NCBI GenBank assembly: GCA_965215185.1
Contig: OZ244034.1
Span: forward strand, 3,057,535 to 3,121,534
Reading direction: 5' to 3'
Origin: Acidimicrobiia bacterium
GTDB taxonomy: Bacteria > Actinomycetota > Acidimicrobiia > Spongiisociales > ZC4RG35
DNA length: 64,000 nucleotides
Shown here: piece by piece, positions 21,007-30,746 of the stretch
Position numbering within the stretch: the stretch's first letter is position 1
Layout: each line of letters opens with the position of its first letter
Position numbers and translations under genes: made by a program
Notes under the pieces: generated by a model
Database searches by the model: none
Seen by the model: the letters and a program-made list of their open reading frames with translations, nothing else
What the model was told of the DNA's origin: nothing

Positions 21007-21391
21007 CGCTTTGTTGAGGGTCGTGGGCATCTACAACGCGGACGGCGGGTTGTCGGGCGAACTGCGTTACGTCGTGGGCAAGGTGGCGGGCCGAAGCGAC
21101 TGCGGGTTGTGCGATCTCACCCATGGCTGGAACGCGTTCGGGAAGCGGTCCTGGCGCGAGGCCTGCCGGGCGAGCCCCGTTCCCCTTGAGTTGATCCACC
21201 GCAACAAGGCAACCCCGTCACAGTTGGCCGCGGCCGGATCTCTCCCGGTCGTGCTGGTGGGGGAGGAGGGAGCGTGGCGCCGCGCGGCGGACGCCGACCT
21301 GATTCGCTCGCTGCGCAAGGAACCGGCCCGCCTCCTGGACCACCTGGAGAAGGTGATCGCCGGCGGGCGTCAGGAGAATGCCGAACAATGA
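20996..21391 (+). CDS. Hypothetical protein with CxxC
   Basis: GIYNADGG...CGLCDLTHG motif. Confidence 0.65.
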   Translation: MGGSALLRVVGIYNADGGLSGELRYVVGKVAGRSDCGLCDLTHGWNAFGKRSWREACRASPVPLELIHRNKATPSQLAAAGSLPVVLVGEEGAWRRAADADLIRSLRKEPARLLDHLEKVIAGGRQENAEQ

Positions 21392-21640
21392 CGATTGCTG
21401 TCGGCCCGCTGCCCGCTGACCAGGTAGTTCCTGGTTGAACAACCCCCCGTTGGCCCGACGGTCGATGACAGAATGCCACGTCAACAGACGGCGGGTCAAC
21501 CATTCACCCGTTCTCATTCAGTACCCTCCCAGAACCGGTCGCCACCCTCGGCAGGCGTACGAGGTTGGAGGAGAACGCGCCTGCGCCGCGGCCCGTGTCA
21601 GTTCCCCCGGGTATGTATATACGTCATCCGCGAGATCGTT

Positions 21641-22309
21641 TCAAGCCCCTTGTAGCTGGTCGGGGGGGCCTGCCCACCGGCGGGCGCGTTCGAGGAGATC
21701 GATCACCTGGCTGTCCGGAGTGGCCCGGAAGTCGGCGTAGAACATCCCGATGGCGGAGAAGCGCCTGGGCATGGACACGGCCACGAACTCGTCGGCGGCA
21801 CTCTCGAAGATGGACGGGGCGTCTCGGGGCGCCACGGGAGTAGCCATGACGATGCGAGCCGCGCCCTGCCGTCGGGCGATGGGGCAGGCAGCCAGGGCGG
21901 TCGATCCGGTGGCGATCCCGTCGTCGACGATCACGGCGGTTTTCCCCTTCAGATCCACCGATGGGCGGCCGGCCCGGAACAACCCGGCCTGGCGGGCTAT
22001 TTCCCGGCGCTCACGCTGCTCCACCCGATCTATCTGGTCGGGACCGATTCGCAGGTGCTTCACGCGGTCCTCGTCGATGATCCTGATCCCGCCTTCGCCG
22101 ATGGCGCCCATGGCCAGTTCCGGCTGGACGGGCACGCCGAGCTTGCGCACCAGCAGTACTTCGAGAGGTGCGGATAGCTCGCGGGCCACCTCGAAACCGA
22201 CCGGAACGCCGCCCCGAGGGAGTCCCAGGATGACCGCGGGCTCTTCCCGCAGGTGACCGAGCAGGCCGGCCAGCTTACGTCCGGCGTGGGCCCGGTTCAT
22301 GAATCGCAT
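21641..22309 (-). CDS. Phosphoribosyltransferase family protein
   Basis: LGLPRGGVPV, VRKLGVP, IVDDGIATGST PRPP-binding motif. Confidence 0.93.
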   Translation of the reverse strand: MRFMNRAHAGRKLAGLLGHLREEPAVILGLPRGGVPVGFEVARELSAPLEVLLVRKLGVPVQPELAMGAIGEGGIRIIDEDRVKHLRIGPDQIDRVEQRERREIARQAGLFRAGRPSVDLKGKTAVIVDDGIATGSTALAACPIARRQGAARIVMATPVAPRDAPSIFESAADEFVAVSMPRRFSAIGMFYADFRATPDSQVIDLLERARRWAGPPDQLQGA

Positions 22310-22320
22310 AGCACCTCCTC

Positions 22321-22485
22321 GTGATCTGTCTGCAAAATGATCCGGCGTGCCCTGCTCGCCATCGACGGCCCTCGGTTGCGTTCCGCCTCCTCGGCGTATG
22401 CTACGGGTACGCCTAAGTCAGCGGGCCTTGCGAGGAACTCCGCTGCCGGTGCATGCCACACACCTCTACTCCACAGACAGACCAC
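22321..22485. mobile_element. MITE-like element, family B, complete copy
   Basis: Inverted ends GTGATCTGTCTG...CAGACAGACCAC; related pieces at 5864, 7668 and 23670. Confidence 0.65.
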
Positions 22486-22593
22486 TGCTCCCGGACCGAT
22501 TGTGCCAGGCGCCGGTGCGGTGCGGGGCCGGGAGATGTACGCGGTTTTCCCCGCCACATTGAAGTGGAGCCAGTAAATCGGTACGGTGGCGGG

Positions 22594-23670
22594 ATGTCTG
22601 ACTTTCTGGTTGCGCAAGCGGTGACCGACACGTGCGGTGCCGATCCGGGGGCTGTCTGCAGCCTGATACTCGACCTCAGCGGGAACTCGCAAGCGGCGCG
22701 CATCGCCGACCTCGCGGCCCGGCCGATCAAGGTCGTGCTCATCCTCGTGGTGGCGTGGATCGTCAACCGGCTCGTCCGTCGATGGCTGGACCGGGCTGTC
22801 GAAGGTTGGCTGACCCGGCGGGCGGAAGCCGCCGCGGAGGCCCGCGAGATATCGGACGAGGCTTCGGGCCGGATCGACGAGCTACGCGAGGCCGCGCTAC
22901 GGCGGGCCCGTCGCATGGTCGAGAAGCAGGAACGGGCCGGCCAACGTACCAGGACGCTCGGGGCGCTCCTCCGCTCCGTAGCCTCCGTCGCCATATACGG
23001 GTTGGCAGTGATGATGGCCCTAGGGGAGTTCGACGTGAACCTGGGTCCGCTGATCGCCGGGGCCGGGATCCTCGGCGTGGCCCTCGGCTTCGGCGCCAAG
23101 AGCCTGGTCCAGGACTTCCTGTCCGGAATCTTCATGCTTCTGGAGGACCAGTACGGGGTGGGCGACGTTGTGGACGTCGGTGATACGGCCGGGGTCGTGG
23201 AGGAGGTCAAGCTCCGCACCACCCAGGTCCGTGACATCAACGGCACCCTCTGGCACATCCCGAACGGGGCGATCCGCCGGGTCGCCAACATGACACAGGA
23301 CTGGGGACGGGTGGTGCTGGATCTCGACGTGGCTTACGACACCGACATTGCCGCGGCGACGACCGTGATCAAGGAAGTCGCGGACGCGGTGTGGCACGAG
23401 CAGCTGCCCTACGCGACCATCACCGAGGAGCCCATGATCGCGGGCGTCCAGAGTCTCGGCGACAGCGCCATCTCCATCCGCCTGATGGCCAGGACGGAAC
23501 CGGGGGAGCACTTCGCCGCTGCCCGGGAACTGCGAGGACGGATCAAGGATGCCTTCGACGAGGCCGGGATCGAGATCCCCTTCCCGCAACGCACGGTGTG
23601 GATGCGGACCGATCAGCCCGCGGCCGAGCCAGGCATCGAAATGGCGCGGGATCGCGAGGGGAAGTTCTAG
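22594..23670 (+). CDS. mscS: Small-conductance mechanosensitive channel family protein
   Basis: GAGILGVALGFGAKSLVQDFLSG, QYGVGD, GVVEEVKLRTT, HIPNG, GIEIPFPQ. Confidence 0.93.
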   Translation: MSDFLVAQAVTDTCGADPGAVCSLILDLSGNSQAARIADLAARPIKVVLILVVAWIVNRLVRRWLDRAVEGWLTRRAEAAAEAREISDEASGRIDELREAALRRARRMVEKQERAGQRTRTLGALLRSVASVAIYGLAVMMALGEFDVNLGPLIAGAGILGVALGFGAKSLVQDFLSGIFMLLEDQYGVGDVVDVGDTAGVVEEVKLRTTQVRDINGTLWHIPNGAIRRVANMTQDWGRVVLDLDVAYDTDIAAATTVIKEVADAVWHEQLPYATITEEPMIAGVQSLGDSAISIRLMARTEPGEHFAAARELRGRIKDAFDEAGIEIPFPQRTVWMRTDQPAAEPGIEMARDREGKF

Positions 23671-23740
23671 TGGTCTGCCTGTGAAATGGCGTCGTGTCAT
23701 GGCAAGCAGGGCACGGCAAGTTGTCTTGCATACAGACCAC
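23670..23740. repeat. MITE family B short, internally deleted copy (reverse orientation)
   Basis: GTGGTCTG...CAGACCAC ends; the inner GCACGGCAAGTT is the reverse complement of the 5899-5910 segment. Confidence 0.6.
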
Positions 23741-23855
23741 CGGCGGCAATTTTCCCACTGTCCGCTGAGAACGGGCTGCGGGATGACCTGGCGTGCCGGA
23801 GCGGGTTAAGGTTCTCTCCTGTGGAGATGCCCTCCCGTCATCGCGAAAGGACGGT

Positions 23856-24710
23856 ATGAACCGGGTTCTGGCTGCGGTCGATCTGAGCCCTCTCGCCAGG
23901 CGAGTAGCGGACCGGGCCCGTGTCCTGGCAGAGGCTCACGGTGCCGAACTCAGGCTGGTCCACGTGTGGGAGCCTCCCGATGTCCCGCTTCCCGACGACC
24001 TGCTCGAGCGGGTGTACCTCTACCGGCAGAGCCAGGCCGAGAACCTCCTGGCATGGATCAACTCACGGGCCCGGTGCCCCGTGGAGCTGGAGGTCCGCTC
24101 GGGGAGTGTGGCGGTGGACCTGACCCGGATGTCCCGACAGGCGGAACTCGTGGTGACCGGGACCTCATCGGTCGACCAGACCCGGATCGGTCCCCGGACC
24201 ACCAGGCTGGCCCGCAAGGTGCACTCCTCGGTGTTGAGCGTACGCCGGAGGTCGTGTGTCCCGTACCGGCGGGCGATCGCAGCCGTCGATCTGTCCGACT
24301 CGAGCGCCGCGGCGATCGACCTGGCCATCACCCTGGCCACCGGGGCCGACACCATCACCGCCGTGGCCTCCCTTTCCTCCTACGACGAGATGATCCTCTC
24401 CGATGCCGGGGTTTCTCCCGAACAACTCGACCGGGTGCGGCGCGCCCGCCTCTCGATGCTGGAGGAGCGCCTAGAGAAGTTCGTCGCCGGCTGGGGCGGA
24501 CTGGTCAGGACCAGGGTCCTCGACGGGCCGGCGGCGGAGACCATAGCCGAGTTCGCACGGCGCCGTAGTGCGGATCTGGTCGTGGTGTCCAGCCGGGGCG
24601 CCGGCAACTCCAGCATGGTGCTGCTGGGCAGCATCGCCGAAGCGACCATGTGGAGCGTCCCCTGCGATGTGGCCGTCGCTCGAGTTCCAGGGCGCTTCCG
24701 GCGACCCTGA
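23856..24710 (+). CDS. Universal stress protein (two USP domains)
   Basis: VLAAVDLS and IAAVDLS, ADLVVVSSRG...LLGSIAE. Confidence 0.92.
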   Translation: MNRVLAAVDLSPLARRVADRARVLAEAHGAELRLVHVWEPPDVPLPDDLLERVYLYRQSQAENLLAWINSRARCPVELEVRSGSVAVDLTRMSRQAELVVTGTSSVDQTRIGPRTTRLARKVHSSVLSVRRRSCVPYRRAIAAVDLSDSSAAAIDLAITLATGADTITAVASLSSYDEMILSDAGVSPEQLDRVRRARLSMLEERLEKFVAGWGGLVRTRVLDGPAAETIAEFARRRSADLVVVSSRGAGNSSMVLLGSIAEATMWSVPCDVAVARVPGRFRRP

Positions 24711-24805
24711 GTCCGTTGTCCGTTGTCCGTCGTCCGTCGCTCTTGATGGTATTCGACTACCGAGACAGCGTTTTCTAACGATAGGCTACAGGCGGTAGTC
24801 GTTTC

Positions 24806-25015
24806 CCTGGCACCTGGCACCTGGCACCTGGCACCTGGCACCTGGCACCTGGCACCTGGCACCTGGACACCTGACACCTGCACCTGACACCTGACACCTG
24901 ACACCTGACACCTGACACCTGACACCTGACACACCTGACCCCGGCCACCTGCACATCCTGGCACCTCGGCACCTGACACTGGCACCTGGCACCTGACACT
25001 GGCACCTGGCACCTG
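24806..25015. repeat. Heptamer tandem repeat (CCTGGCA)n/(CCTGACA)n
   Basis: About 200 bp of 7-mer repeats between convergent genes; a second 7-mer (GTCCGTT) tract lies at 24711-24739. Confidence 0.95.
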
Positions 25016-25016
25016 A

Positions 25017-25827
25017 TCACGGGCGGACAGCCAGTACCTCGCCGTGCAGGAAGGCCCAGAAGCCGTCGGGTCGGTCGGTCCAGCGCCGGAAGGCGGCGGA
25101 TATCTCCCCCAGTTCCGCCCGCGTGGCGTACCCGCCCGTGATGGCGTGGTCTGCGAAGTCGCTGTCGGTGACCCGCACCGCCCATAGCCCGCCCCAGATC
25201 GCTCGTTCTTCGGCGTTCCCGTAGGTGGTGGTGCTGCTGGTGACGGTCGGCTCCAGGAATCCGGCCTCGGTGATCCACGATAGGAGGAAGCGCCCTGCGT
25301 CGGCTTCGCCACGATTGGCGGCCGTTACCTGGTGGTAGAGGCGGCGCCAGCGGTGGATGGCCGGTTCGGTGGGCGCGTGTGGTGCCGTAGTCGGCGTCCC
25401 GCACAGCAACCAGCCCTCCCGGCTTGAGGACTCGGCGTGCCTCTCGCAAGGCCCGGACCGGATCGGCCAGGTGCTGGAGCACCTGGTGGGCGTAGACCAC
25501 GTCGAAGGTGCCGTCTTCCCAGGGCAGGTCGTAGGCGGAGCCGACCTCGAAGGTCGCGTTGGTGATTCCGTGCCTCGCTACCCGGCTTCGGGCCGCCTCC
25601 ACCATCTCGGCGGACGTGTCCAGGCCCTTTACCCGACCGGCGTAGCGGGCTAGGCCGGTGGTGATCGTGCCCGGTCCGGATCCCACGTCGAGCAGTACCG
25701 TGTCGGGTCGCAGGCGGGGCAGCAGGAAGGCGGCGCACTCCTCGGCCGTGCGCCGCCGGTAGTACCCGACGATGGCCTCGTGGTACCCGTGCGTGTATCG
25801 CTCTCCGTCAGGCCGTTCCAGCGTCAT
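25017..25827 (-). pseudogene. Class I SAM methyltransferase (UbiE-like), frameshifted near 25385
   Basis: LLDVGSGPG, FDVVYAHQVLQH, RVLKPGG; after RDADYGT the protein continues in another frame (HAPTEPAIHRW...HGEVLA); could be a sequencing error. Confidence 0.8.
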
Positions 25828-25897
25828 AGCACTCTCTTGTGTTTAGGATCGATTACAGGCGGAGGCGGCACGGGTGACCACCCGAGCGCCCTACAAA

Positions 25898-26431
25898 CTA
25901 CTCGGCAGGGGATGGGCCCTTGCCCTTGAGCCGGGCCAGGTCGGCAAAGAACTTGGGCAGGAGCACGCGCGGGACACGGTGACCATGGACGATGGCCGCC
26001 ACCGCTATCGCCGCCAACACCAGGACCAGTCCGCTTGTATCCTCGACGGACAGGATCTGGAGGAACCAGCCGTACGCCATCCCCTGCAGCAGCATCCCGG
26101 ATGCGGCGCTCCGGGCGAATACGAGCAGCCCTCCGAGGACCAGCGCCGGTATCAGCCAGGCCACGGGCGCGTAGCCGCCCATCACCAACCCCACCATCAG
26201 ACCGGCGCCGACCATGCCGTCGATGGTCGCGTCCCATGGACCGAGCCTGGTCATTCCCGGCGCCCGCCGCGCCAGGATCCCGTCCATCGTGTCGGTGGTC
26301 CAGCCACTCACGAGGATCACCGCGCCCAGCAGCAACCGGTCGCCGGCTATCACCAGGGCGAGCAAGACCGCCAAGGCCAGCCGTGCCAGCGTCAGCGTGT
26401 CCGCGGCCCGGGCAACTGCGACCGTAACCAT
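25898..26431 (-). CDS. CDP-alcohol phosphatidyltransferase family protein
   Basis: LTLARL, DTMDGILARR...LGPWDATID signature. Confidence 0.85.
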   Translation of the reverse strand: MVTVAVARAADTLTLARLALAVLLALVIAGDRLLLGAVILVSGWTTDTMDGILARRAPGMTRLGPWDATIDGMVGAGLMVGLVMGGYAPVAWLIPALVLGGLLVFARSAASGMLLQGMAYGWFLQILSVEDTSGLVLVLAAIAVAAIVHGHRVPRVLLPKFFADLARLKGKGPSPAE

Positions 26432-26509
26432 CGTATGTCTCCGGAGAGGTATCGCTTCTTGTCGGTTCAAGTATCCTAGAGGCGATCCGATCGGTGTATG
26501 GTCGGTCCG

Positions 26510-26583
26510 GGGCCCGTAGCTCAAGTGGTCAGAGCAGCGGACTCATAATCCGTTGGTTGCAGGTTCGAGTCCTGCCGGGCCCA
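26510..26583 (+). tRNA. tRNA with CAT anticodon, most likely tRNA-Ile2 (lysidine); CCA not encoded
   Basis: Acceptor GGGCCCG/CGGGCCC, D arm TAGCTCAAGTGGTCAGAGC, anticodon arm GCGGA-CTCATAA-TCCGT, T arm GCAGG-TTCGAGT-CCTGC, discriminator A. Confidence 0.93.
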
Positions 26584-26797
26584 CAGCGGGGTCTTCGCGT
26601 GTTGGGCCTGTGTTAGTTCGCGGGTTAGGGGTGTTGGTGGGGGTTCTGGCCTGTTTTCGGGGTGTTCGGGTGTGTTTGGCCGGTGTTCGGGGGTGTGTGG
26701 CGGTGGTTGCGGGTGGTGTTGGCCGCGACGGCCGGTTCTGGACGCGTTTGGTTTGACGGGTGGGGTTCCCGTCAGCGGGGAGCGGTAGGGGGTTGGT

Positions 26798-28588
26798 TTA
26801 TGGGGGTGCTCGGGTGGGTGTGAGCTGGCCTGGGCGTTGGGTTGGTGCGTCTGGTGGGGTGGTGTCGGGGTTCGTCTGTTCGGCGTGGTCCGCTGTGGCA
26901 TGGTTGCGGTTCTTGGGGCGGCGGGTTCTTCCGGTTTGTTCGAGGTTGTGGATGACGGCTGCCATGAGCGCGGCGAGTGTGTGGGGAGCGAGACCGAACG
27001 CGCGGCAGGAGTCCTTCTCTAGGCTGCCGTCGTCTTTGATCATGCCGTTGACGCCTTCGACGGGGTTGCGTCCGGCGTAGTCGGTTGCCCACTTCGTGGT
27101 GCCGTAGGCGTTGCGCTGGTGGTTGTCGAGTTCGTCGACACCGAGGGTGATCATCCCGTCGCAGCAGGTTTCCCTGTCGGCGACGGCGGTGACGGGCAGG
27201 GGGGTGCGGCGTTTGCGGCGGTTGGCCCGTTCGGATTTGCGGGTTTTGGCTGTGCTTCTGACTTTGCCTGCGCATTGGGGGCAGATGATCTTCTTCCGCC
27301 CGTCGGGGAAGCGTCCGATGACTACCCATGCGTATTTGGCTCGTTCGTCGAACCATTCTTGGCGGTCGGTTCCGGTCAGCCCGTCGGATGGGCTGAGTAG
27401 GTGTTCTGGTGTCCATTCGACGAGAGGGGTGCCACAGTTCACATAGATGGGGGTGTTGTTTCTGCCTGCGGTGATGAGCTTGACGCCTCCCTGTTTGTCT
27501 TTGGCCTGGTTCATTACGATCTCCCAGCCGTGTTCATGTAGGGGCCGGACGAAGGTCGTTTTCTTGGCGGTGTAGTGCTGGTCGGCTTTCACGACTTCGA
27601 CGCGGGGTGCTAGCTGCTTCGCTTTGGTGGCTACCTGATATCCGATGGGTCCGACGTGTTGGTCGGCGGCTGCGAGGACCATCGAGACAATGTACGGGGA
27701 GACAGGCTCCTGCCGTTTGCCCCGGATGGAGGCGCGTACTGCAACGGCTAGATGAGCGAAGTAGCCGTTGAACCCCCCGGCTGGGTGTTTCGACGTTGCG
27801 CTGCGGCGGCCGGAGCCGTCTTCGACGTCCTTGGTGTGTTGGATCTTGCCGTTGAGCTTGAAGATCGTTTCAGGGGGTATGCGGCCGGCGTCGATCTCTG
27901 ACTGGCGTGTGAAGTCGGTGGTGCGTGCCCAGGTTTGGTAGTCGGTGCCGTCGAGGGCGATCTCGGAGACCTTGCTAGCGACCCATTTGGGAATCGACGG
28001 CCCGAGGAAGCGGTCGACCATCCATTGCAGATCGATGCGGGTCCCGTCGGCTGTTTCCGCTCCGTCGCGGAGGAAGCGTTCGATGCGGTGGGCCTGACGC
28101 CAGACGAGGTTGTAGGACACGAGCGAGTCGCCACTGTCGGGATCCAGCAGACCCCATTCCACCGCGACTGCAGCGTCGAGACCCGAGACAACCTCGCACA
28201 ACGTAGTCCGCTTGTAGCTGCCTTGGTGCCGAGCGGCGAGGAGCATGACCGTAAGGATCATCCGGGTAGAGAGCACGGGCTGTTCCCCCGGATGGGCACG
28301 CAGGACCTCGTCTATGCGCTTGCAGACTCCGGTGTTGCCCACGTACTGATACATGCGCCGGGCGCTGAAGGCGGCAGTGAGTATCGGTCCCCGGCGGCGG
28401 ATTCCCTCCTCGGCGGTATCCCCCCAGATGTGGTCACCCGACCGACCTGTTTCGTGGTCGTCGGCGCTGGGATGGTCTCTGGGTAGTCTCCTCTGAGCGT
28501 TCAGCTCGTACAGCCGGGCCGGTTCCGGGATGCCCTTCTTGGCGTACCGGTCGCGGCAGCGGCGGGCAGCCCGGGCCGTGCTGCTCAC
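26798..28588 (-). CDS. DDE transposase, IS4-superfamily-like (596 aa)
   Basis: IALDGTD (D1), GYFAHL, VKADQHY (D2), YAGRNPVEGVNGMIK (YREK-type E); CPQC...CC in the insertion domain. Confidence 0.85.
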   Translation of the reverse strand: MSSTARAARRCRDRYAKKGIPEPARLYELNAQRRLPRDHPSADDHETGRSGDHIWGDTAEEGIRRRGPILTAAFSARRMYQYVGNTGVCKRIDEVLRAHPGEQPVLSTRMILTVMLLAARHQGSYKRTTLCEVVSGLDAAVAVEWGLLDPDSGDSLVSYNLVWRQAHRIERFLRDGAETADGTRIDLQWMVDRFLGPSIPKWVASKVSEIALDGTDYQTWARTTDFTRQSEIDAGRIPPETIFKLNGKIQHTKDVEDGSGRRSATSKHPAGGFNGYFAHLAVAVRASIRGKRQEPVSPYIVSMVLAAADQHVGPIGYQVATKAKQLAPRVEVVKADQHYTAKKTTFVRPLHEHGWEIVMNQAKDKQGGVKLITAGRNNTPIYVNCGTPLVEWTPEHLLSPSDGLTGTDRQEWFDERAKYAWVVIGRFPDGRKKIICPQCAGKVRSTAKTRKSERANRRKRRTPLPVTAVADRETCCDGMITLGVDELDNHQRNAYGTTKWATDYAGRNPVEGVNGMIKDDGSLEKDSCRAFGLAPHTLAALMAAVIHNLEQTGRTRRPKNRNHATADHAEQTNPDTTPPDAPTQRPGQLTPTRAPP

Positions 28589-29538
28589 GCTCTCAACCCT
28601 TCGAGGGCGGCTTCTACCGGATCGAGGTCAGCGGCCGCAGCTGCCAGCAGCGCGGTGAGGGTGTCACCCGACAACGGACCGGCGATCCGGCGCAGCGCCG
28701 ACAGGGAAGTACCCGCGTGTAGGTGGGCGACCAGCCATGTGGAACGGGCACGCCGCACCGAAAGGGTACGGCCACTGATCCCAACCTGCCGACACAACAT
28801 GTACACAGCGGTGCGATGCGTCGCCGAAACGAACCGTTCGCCGTCGGCCAGCTCCACAGCTTCGCGTACGAGGGATGTGTAATCGTGGCGTATCGGCACC
28901 ATGCGCGGATGCGTGCCCCCGACCCGTATACCGAGCCGGTCGTTTCCGAGGTTGACCAGATCGCCGGTCTCGGCTGCTGCGACCGCCGGACTGAGCAGAC
29001 CCGCCCCGAGAGTGGCAGCGACCACCCAGCGACGGCCCGCGGGCTCCACCCGGGCCGGCAAACGTGCCGACAGCCGGAACACTGCCTCATCTCCCGGCGT
29101 ATACGGGCTCGACGGGGGTATGCGCCCGATCGGTTCCCCAACAGGGGCCTCGACCCAGCCGTCCGGGAACACAGCCCGCCCCACCCGGCGTAGAATCCAC
29201 CTGGTGTGGCGCCGCCACACCACACTCTTATGAGCGTTCGCTTCGAACGCCCAGTACTCCACGTTGGCGGGACACAACATCCGGACATCCACCGTGGCAG
29301 ACACCCCGAATGTCCAGGCAGCGAACTGCGACGTAACGCGAAGCATCTCGCGGACCATCGAAACGGTATCCGGGTGAGCAGCCGCAACCCAGCAACGTAC
29401 CGTCGGCCATACCAGCGTTTCGAGGTCTCCGCTGTCATCCGGATAGGTGTCCCAAACCGGTGGGCGCCACAACGACAGCCTCGCCAGCACGTCAGGAACC
29501 AGATCGGCAGATAGCGGAGCCCGGGTGAAGCAGGTCAC
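28585..29538 (-). CDS. Tyrosine-recombinase-fold protein with degenerate catalytic residues
   Basis: LGAGLLSPAV (box I), RMVPI, RRARSTWLVAHLHAG..LSALRRIAGP...DTL (box II); 4-bp overlap with the transposase. Confidence 0.7.
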   Translation of the reverse strand: MTCFTRAPLSADLVPDVLARLSLWRPPVWDTYPDDSGDLETLVWPTVRCWVAAAHPDTVSMVREMLRVTSQFAAWTFGVSATVDVRMLCPANVEYWAFEANAHKSVVWRRHTRWILRRVGRAVFPDGWVEAPVGEPIGRIPPSSPYTPGDEAVFRLSARLPARVEPAGRRWVVAATLGAGLLSPAVAAAETGDLVNLGNDRLGIRVGGTHPRMVPIRHDYTSLVREAVELADGERFVSATHRTAVYMLCRQVGISGRTLSVRRARSTWLVAHLHAGTSLSALRRIAGPLSGDTLTALLAAAAADLDPVEAALEGLRA

Positions 29539-29645
29539 AGCCGCGACCTTGACCGTGGGGAGGCGGTCTGCCGCAGCCAGGGCAGCCGCATCACGGCCTC
29601 GTGTTGTATACTATACTGCACAAGAAGCCCCCCAGTGGGTGTAAG

Positions 29646-29692
29646 GCCCGCGGTGCTCAGAGTTTTGTCAGAACCGTTTGAGCACCGTGGGC
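29646..29692. promoter_or_regulatory. 14-bp hairpin upstream of the recombinase-fold gene
   Basis: GCCCGCGGTGCTCA...TGAGCACCGTGGGC; AT-rich TATACTATACT nearby at about 29606-29616. Confidence 0.45.
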
Positions 29693-30018
29693 TCTTCTGT
29701 TTTCGGCGCCCAGTGTAGCCGATTGGCCGTCCGTGGGCAAAGGATCGGCACGCTCGAAACGGTCGATAACCTGGCGTTTAGGTACTCATGTGCTCGCCAA
29801 GAGAGACTCCGTGGCAGGGCACCCAGAACCCGCTTCGAACGATCGCTGATCAGGCGCGATGCACTTCGCCAAGAGACTTCTGTAGGACGGTATCAGGATC
29901 ACGATCCCACTACGGCGCCCTGTAAAAGCACGCAAGGCCCTTCGCATGGCAGATCACGAAATAGCAGCCGCTGAACGGATCGTGGACGACAACTTTGATG
30001 AGATGCTGGAAGGGTGGT

Positions 30019-30615
30019 ATGACCATTTTCAACGATGATCTGGCAGTCGCCCAGTTAGAAGTCACCGACAGCGCGATACGTGTCTGGCTGAACGACGGCA
30101 GAACGCTGACTGTTCCCGTTGGATGGTTCCCCGACCTAGAATCCACCGACCCCTTACAGTGGGGTCGGTGGATTCCGACAGGTTCGGGGGTTCGCTGGCC
30201 GGATCTCGGCGTGGAAACCAAGTTGGGGGATTTGCTGGCGGATAGCCCACTCCAGCATCCCGAAGGGATCGACCATGCCCGTCTAGCCAACGTGGACGTG
30301 ACCAACCGTAGTCTCTGCGTCTGGTTAAACGATGGCAGAACGCTGACTGTCCCGCTCTGGTGGTTTCCCCGCCTATGCGACGGCACACCCGAAGAACGGA
30401 ACGGGTGGCATATCAGAGACGGCGGAACCGATATCGTTTGGAAAGATCTGGACGAAGTGTATTACCTAGAAGATCTGTTAGCTGGGGGCTGGTCGCGGGA
30501 ATCAGCTCGGTCGCTGGGTCGGTGGCTGCTCGCCCGCAGAGAAGGCCGACCCGTCGCCGCCTACCAGATTTCCAAGTTCCATAAGAGTATGCCCCAGCCA
30601 GAACCGTTGACCTAA
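30019..30615 (+). CDS. Tandem DUF2442-domain protein (antitoxin-like)
   Basis: Two repeats of VWLNDGRTLTVP..WFP.L, followed by G..WPDL and I.WKDLDE. Confidence 0.85.
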   Translation: MTIFNDDLAVAQLEVTDSAIRVWLNDGRTLTVPVGWFPDLESTDPLQWGRWIPTGSGVRWPDLGVETKLGDLLADSPLQHPEGIDHARLANVDVTNRSLCVWLNDGRTLTVPLWWFPRLCDGTPEERNGWHIRDGGTDIVWKDLDEVYYLEDLLAGGWSRESARSLGRWLLARREGRPVAAYQISKFHKSMPQPEPLT

Positions 30616-30746
30616 CGGGAGAATACTCATCGCTACGCCGCCCACCACCATCAGGTGGACCGACTCTGGTGGGGCTGCGAACAGGTTGCGGCTAGGCGAC
30701 GTGAGAAGCCTGTCTAACTGCTTATCTAGTTCAGGGAACAGAACCC

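Noticed and set aside
24806-25015. CRISPR array or real RCQVPGA protein repeat
   Set aside because: No spacers; the ORF reads through only because of the methyltransferase frameshift
26510-26583. tRNA-fMet or elongator tRNA-Met
   Set aside because: Position 1-72 is paired and the anticodon stem lacks three consecutive G-C pairs, so not initiator; the GGGCCC acceptor fits Ile2 better, though an isotype model should confirm
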